Part shown: piece by piece, positions 59,998 through 64,000 of the stretch
Numbering within the stretch: position 1 is the stretch's first letter
Layout: the number at the start of each line of letters is the position of its first letter
Source of the DNA: Candidatus Thorarchaeota archaeon
GTDB taxonomy: Archaea; Asgardarchaeota; Thorarchaeia; Thorarchaeales; Thorarchaeaceae
Reading direction: 5' to 3'
DNA length: 64,000 nt
Assembly: GCA_004524445.1 (NCBI GenBank)
Contig: SDNP01000003.1
Span: forward strand, 1 to 64,000
Translations under genes and position numbers: made by a program
The notes under the pieces: model-generated
Database searches by the model: none
Told to the model about the DNA's origin: nothing
What the model saw: the letters and a program-made list of their open reading frames with translations, nothing else

Positions 59998-60142
59998 GAT
60001 GCCCCTCTTCTGGGAGACCCCTTTCTGTATGCTGAGCCTTCAAATACTTGATACTGAGGAGGTCATAAAAAGATAGCACTCGGAGCGGACGAGGAACATC
60101 TAGAGCAAGAAAACTGGCAATGAGTCCATGTTATTGAATGAG

Positions 60143-60171
60143 AAAAAAGGAGTGAGGGAAACTCACTCCTT
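60143..60171 (-). terminator. Hairpin plus T-tract terminator
   Basis: AAGGAGTGAG-GGAAA-CTCACTCCTT with an A6 run (T6 on the minus strand), just past the stop at 60179. Confidence 0.75.
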
Positions 60172-60178
60172 GCTATGT

Positions 60179-60535
60179 TTATTGGTCAAAATCGTTTTCT
60201 TCTGCCTCGAGTTCCTCAAGCTCTTTTCGCGTCTGCTCAAGTTCGGCGTCTATGTCTTCCAGCGGTAGTATATCCCCCGCCTCGTCTTTAGAATGAGTGT
60301 CCAGGGTATACATGACGTTGAAGCCTGCCAATGTGTCGTGAATGGCATTGGCAATCTCAAGAATGGCATTGGTGATTTCAGATTCAGACATGTCCCCATC
60401 AGATTCATGTTCATAGGCGAAGTCATAAGCCCCTCTTATTGGAGAAAAGCCCATATCAAGCAATTTGTTTATTACTTGTGAAGGACTCGCCCCTTCACTG
60501 TTGAACCAAACTGATACACGTGTAATATATGACAT
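60179..60535 (-). CDS. Conserved archaeal hypothetical protein
   Basis: VWFNSEGASPS...LGF.P..GAYDFAY; acidic coiled tail; GAGG SD-like sequence upstream. Confidence 0.75.
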   Translation of the reverse strand: MSYITRVSVWFNSEGASPSQVINKLLDMGFSPIRGAYDFAYEHESDGDMSESEITNAILEIANAIHDTLAGFNVMYTLDTHSKDEAGDILPLEDIDAELEQTRKELEELEAEENDFDQ

Positions 60536-60602
60536 TTTAACAGACCTCAACTTTCAGAATACTACATTCGCCCTTTGAAATGCTATAAGCCTTTTCAGGT
60601 CT

Positions 60603-61697
60603 TTACTTCATTCGAGTGGCGTGCACCAAATTCGATGCATCTTCATGCTTTAGATTGTGCGCCCATGTCTTTTTGCAATCGCAGTCCAGTCGTTCAAATA
60701 CTTCGGTATCTTGATGTAATGAAAAATCCCTTATAGCGCTAGCAAATGCTGCATCACATTTCCCGCAATTGTGTGTTCCACGTTCCTTCCCAGGAGCAAC
60801 GGGGTCACATATGATTGGAACTATTCCTTGTGATTCCTTATGAGTTCGTTTGAGTATCTCGACAAGACTCCATAACCACGGAGGTCTGTACTCTCGATTT
60901 CTCCACAGATACTCAACTAGGGTGTACTTTTGCACATTGACGGGATTCACCGATACAGTAGTTACACCCATTTGGATTGCATCAGTGATGGTCTTGATAG
61001 CATCGACTATGCTGTCGCGTTCTGTTAGAAAAGGGGGCTTGACCAAGACATAGGAACGAATTCCTATTCCGTGTTTGGCTGCAATCTTTTTTGCACTCTG
61101 AAAGTCTGTCAATGAAAAACCCTTGTTGATACATATATTCCGGATATCATCGTTGCTGCTTTCCAGGCCAATCCCAATCTCTATGTCGCGCCCTTCAAGA
61201 ACGCTTCTGATTTGTGACATCATTTCGTCAGAAACATATTCCGGACGAGATTCGAGCACGACTTGCACGACTCTATCATCGGCTGCAATAAGTTCAAGAA
61301 CTCGTTCGAGCACATTCGGAGGAACTTCTTCGGGATCGAGAAAGCTGCCACTTGTGTATATCTTCACTGACAAGGGTGCGGATTCGCCATCAAGCTTTGA
61401 CATCGCTCCTTCAAACTGTGTAACAAGTTGTTCAGGCGTGGGGCTTCTTGTAGTACCATCAAGCAAGTAACTACACATACTGCAACCTCCAGCAGCTCCA
61501 CGGGCATGTGAACATCCCACAGTGTTCAGAACAATGGATATGGCCTTACCGAATTCGTCTTTGAGTCTGGCTGTTGAAACCCACGCTGATGATGCCACAC
61601 TTAGATTACCGCTTCTTCTCCGTCGAATGGAGGAACCGCGTGATTTGAGAATTTCATCCTGAACTATCTTCAGCAATTGCTCATTCATGACTCTCAA
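60603..61697 (-). CDS. raSEA: Archaeosine synthesis radical SAM enzyme RaSEA
   Basis: GCSHARGAAGGCSMC, KIYTSGSFLD, ESRPE, LVKPPFLTE, RPPWLWS, RGTHNCGKCD. Confidence 0.93.
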   Translation of the reverse strand: MRVMNEQLLKIVQDEILKSRGSSIRRRRSGNLSVASSAWVSTARLKDEFGKAISIVLNTVGCSHARGAAGGCSMCSYLLDGTTRSPTPEQLVTQFEGAMSKLDGESAPLSVKIYTSGSFLDPEEVPPNVLERVLELIAADDRVVQVVLESRPEYVSDEMMSQIRSVLEGRDIEIGIGLESSNDDIRNICINKGFSLTDFQSAKKIAAKHGIGIRSYVLVKPPFLTERDSIVDAIKTITDAIQMGVTTVSVNPVNVQKYTLVEYLWRNREYRPPWLWSLVEILKRTHKESQGIVPIICDPVAPGKERGTHNCGKCDAAFASAIRDFSLHQDTEVFERLDCDCKKTWAHNLKHEDASNLVHATRMK

Positions 61698-63652
61698 CTT
61701 CTGCTATGTCTGATATTGATGGCCATTCCGTTATCAAAGTCGCACATCTCAGCTCCAGACATCTCACTCTTCCCAACAGCAATCAAATCCCCATCACGTC
61801 CAATGATGAGAACCTCGTCTCCCGGGCGAATGATTGAATCCGCCTCACTTATACCCACAGCAAATAGCGAGCCGCCTCTCAGTTTATCGCCATCAAAGTG
61901 AACCTGATATCTATCCAAAGACAGGAGGCGTTCTCCACCCTCAAGGGTCAACGAAACATTTCCGATTTGGCTAACGAAAGTGCACATTTGTACATCATCA
62001 ACTTCACAAACAATGTTCCCGTATACTTTGCCCCGGTAGCTTACATTTCCCGAAGTCACGAGTTTGCCGGCTCCTGTGCCAAATTGGAAGTCAAGTGTGG
62101 CAGACACGGTATTTTCAAGCAGTGTGGGAGTGCCACCGCGGAGCGCGTAAACATCAGCAAGATCAAGGAGAACCTCTTCAAGTGATTCCAGAGAAGATTT
62201 CCTTGTTGCAGAAACATCATCAATTGTGTAAATAATGCTCTGACTAATATCATCCTCGGCGTCTTGCACAACCTCTTGGTAACCCCCGGAAACATGAGCA
62301 ACGACTGTGGCAGATTCTGGAAACTTGGCTAGGTGTGTCGATAATGCAGATGCCGCAATCTCAATCTCTTCAGCATCCCAACTGCCAGTTACAGGAATAT
62401 CGTAGTTTTTCACGGGAAAAACTCTTTCCAATGCTCGAGGAACAATACCGATTGGCGAGGACATAATCACTTCAGCCACATTCTTGCGTTTGGAACCTAA
62501 GGCACGTTCAATTGATCTATCAAATCGTCTGTGGGACCGAGAGTCAGAATATGGCTTTCTTGCGGAGCAAGGAAGGAGAAGTACCACTTGGCAGTCCTGA
62601 GGAGGAGAATATCGTTCTACAAGCCTTTCTCTATAACGTCTTATTGCAGGAGCATTGTAGGACTCAGGTCCAATGAGAGGTTGGGGTTGGTCGCCAACAG
62701 TCGGTGTAAATTCTTCAATGAAATCATAGGCATGATAATCAACTTGTCTCAGAAGGGCTGCCAACGCAGGACGACTATGTGTACTGCCCTCAACTAGCCA
62801 TCGCAACTGCCCTTTCGAATAGAAATGAACAGCTTCCGATAACTTGCTTCTGTAAATGCCCACATTATGATGCATGAGTTCTGTCATGTCAGGATGCTTT
62901 GTGTTCACCAACCCTGTTTCTGCACACCAGCGACAACTACAGTAAATGGGGTGGGATTCCTTGGACATGTTTTCCTCATGGTATGACCAAAGCCGAATGT
63001 TCCTGGATGCAGCATGCTCCGCATAGGCGATATCAAAAATATCGAATCCGAAGTAATACAAAATAGGAAACATATCAGGTTTAATGCAACCAAGTGCAAT
63101 GGCAGTCCAATTTCGTGGGAGCATACTTCTGAGTCGTAGATTTTGAAGAGAGGTGGGTCCAAGATTTCCATCGAACAAGAAAGATACAGCTCTAATACCC
63201 ATCTCCTGCAACTCGGGTGTCAGGATCTTCAGCTCCTGATGATGGAGTGAACCGGGTACTCGAAGAATCCAGTTATCAGGCGATGTTCCGTCTTGTAAAT
63301 CTCTGAGACGGCTAATCTGTTCTTCAAGAAGAATACGACTCGCTTCTTTGCCCAAGGTTGACATCGCTGGAAACAAAGGGGATAGAATCGGTTCTTCATC
63401 TTTGGGCAAGTCAAGAGCAATCGTATTTGCAGAGGAAACAAATGTTGGAGCAGCGATACTGAGCCCGTTGTTGGACGGTGAATCCCTACCAGGAACATAG
63501 TATTCACAATCAGTATTAGGAATCGTTGTGGGGCCCATGAGTGCGGGGAGCTTCAACTTGCTCTTTCCCGACCTAAGATGACCTACCCGAGCAGGCCCAC
63601 TATGTCCGCGTTCAATCATATATTGCATTCTCAAGCATTCTCCATTTCTCAT
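61694..63652 (-). CDS. arcS: Archaeosine synthase subunit alpha with PUA domain
   Basis: Degenerate TGT-like N-terminus, LLLPCSARKPYSDSRSH, YDIPVTGSW, C-terminal PUA. Confidence 0.92.
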   Translation of the reverse strand: MRNGECLRMQYMIERGHSGPARVGHLRSGKSKLKLPALMGPTTIPNTDCEYYVPGRDSPSNNGLSIAAPTFVSSANTIALDLPKDEEPILSPLFPAMSTLGKEASRILLEEQISRLRDLQDGTSPDNWILRVPGSLHHQELKILTPELQEMGIRAVSFLFDGNLGPTSLQNLRLRSMLPRNWTAIALGCIKPDMFPILYYFGFDIFDIAYAEHAASRNIRLWSYHEENMSKESHPIYCSCRWCAETGLVNTKHPDMTELMHHNVGIYRSKLSEAVHFYSKGQLRWLVEGSTHSRPALAALLRQVDYHAYDFIEEFTPTVGDQPQPLIGPESYNAPAIRRYRERLVERYSPPQDCQVVLLLPCSARKPYSDSRSHRRFDRSIERALGSKRKNVAEVIMSSPIGIVPRALERVFPVKNYDIPVTGSWDAEEIEIAASALSTHLAKFPESATVVAHVSGGYQEVVQDAEDDISQSIIYTIDDVSATRKSSLESLEEVLLDLADVYALRGGTPTLLENTVSATLDFQFGTGAGKLVTSGNVSYRGKVYGNIVCEVDDVQMCTFVSQIGNVSLTLEGGERLLSLDRYQVHFDGDKLRGGSLFAVGISEADSIIRPGDEVLIIGRDGDLIAVGKSEMSGAEMCDFDNGMAINIRHSRS

Positions 63653-64000
63653 ACCAATGGCTGATATCCTTGATAATTCTCAAGGTCAGCCTTCGTTTCA
63701 GCATGTTTCAACAGGAGCTCTACGCTCTCCAGGGCACCAAACCTAAAGAGCGGCGAATTATTGTTTCCACACTGATATGAATATGTACAAAGGGGACAGC
63801 CATCAATCTTCTTACATTCACACTTTTCAAGGATTGTCTTTGCACGCTCAAGAGCCTCTTCGAACCTACCAAAGAGTAGTTTGGAGGCGCCATTCCCCCC
63901 AGGACTCCCATCATACACGAATATGATACCAGAGTCCCCCATGGAAACACCTCCAATCTCTCGAGTTCCTCCACCAGTCAGCATGTCACTCGATTCGATA
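63649..64000 (-). CDS. DEAD/DEAH helicase of the Hrq1/MrfA type, C-terminal DUF1998 (partial; runs off the window)
   Basis: IFVYDGSPGGNG...CECKKIDGCPLC...CGNNN. Confidence 0.9.
   Translation of the reverse strand, partial: IESSDMLTGGGTREIGGVSMGDSGIIFVYDGSPGGNGASKLLFGRFEEALERAKTILEKCECKKIDGCPLCTYSYQCGNNNSPLFRFGALESVELLLKHAETKADLENYQGYQPLV

Noticed and set aside
60603-63652. arcS-raSEA adjacency as a novel system
   Set aside because: This is the established two-component archaeosine synthase

Overview
Archaeal chromosome segment, most likely from an Asgard archaeon (Thorarchaeia-like). That assignment is inferred from the ESCRT cluster, the longin and Yip1 proteins, a PolB1-type polymerase and the archaeosine genes. 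Bases ~1.5-9.8 kb are a decayed accessory region around an intron-containing tRNA-His(GTG). It holds an inverted, diverged partial copy of that tRNA with its promoter, fused to a tnpB remnant, plus several pseudogenes and a large beta-helix surface protein. The rest is mostly core: mfnA, hypB, DGGGP synthase, nfo, tfb, argS, tldD/pmbA, aspS, an intein-containing polB1, nurA-herA-mre11-rad50 and arcS-raSEA. The most notable system is the ESCRT cluster at 30.3-35.5 kb, whose ESCRT-I/II domains appear re-wired. A Vps28-N-like module is fused directly to Vps22/36 winged helices, and a Zn-finger/coiled-coil/GLUE(PH)-like protein ends in a Vps23-type steadiness box. No ubiquitin machinery is visible in the window. 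All family assignments come from motif recognition by eye; no searches were run.
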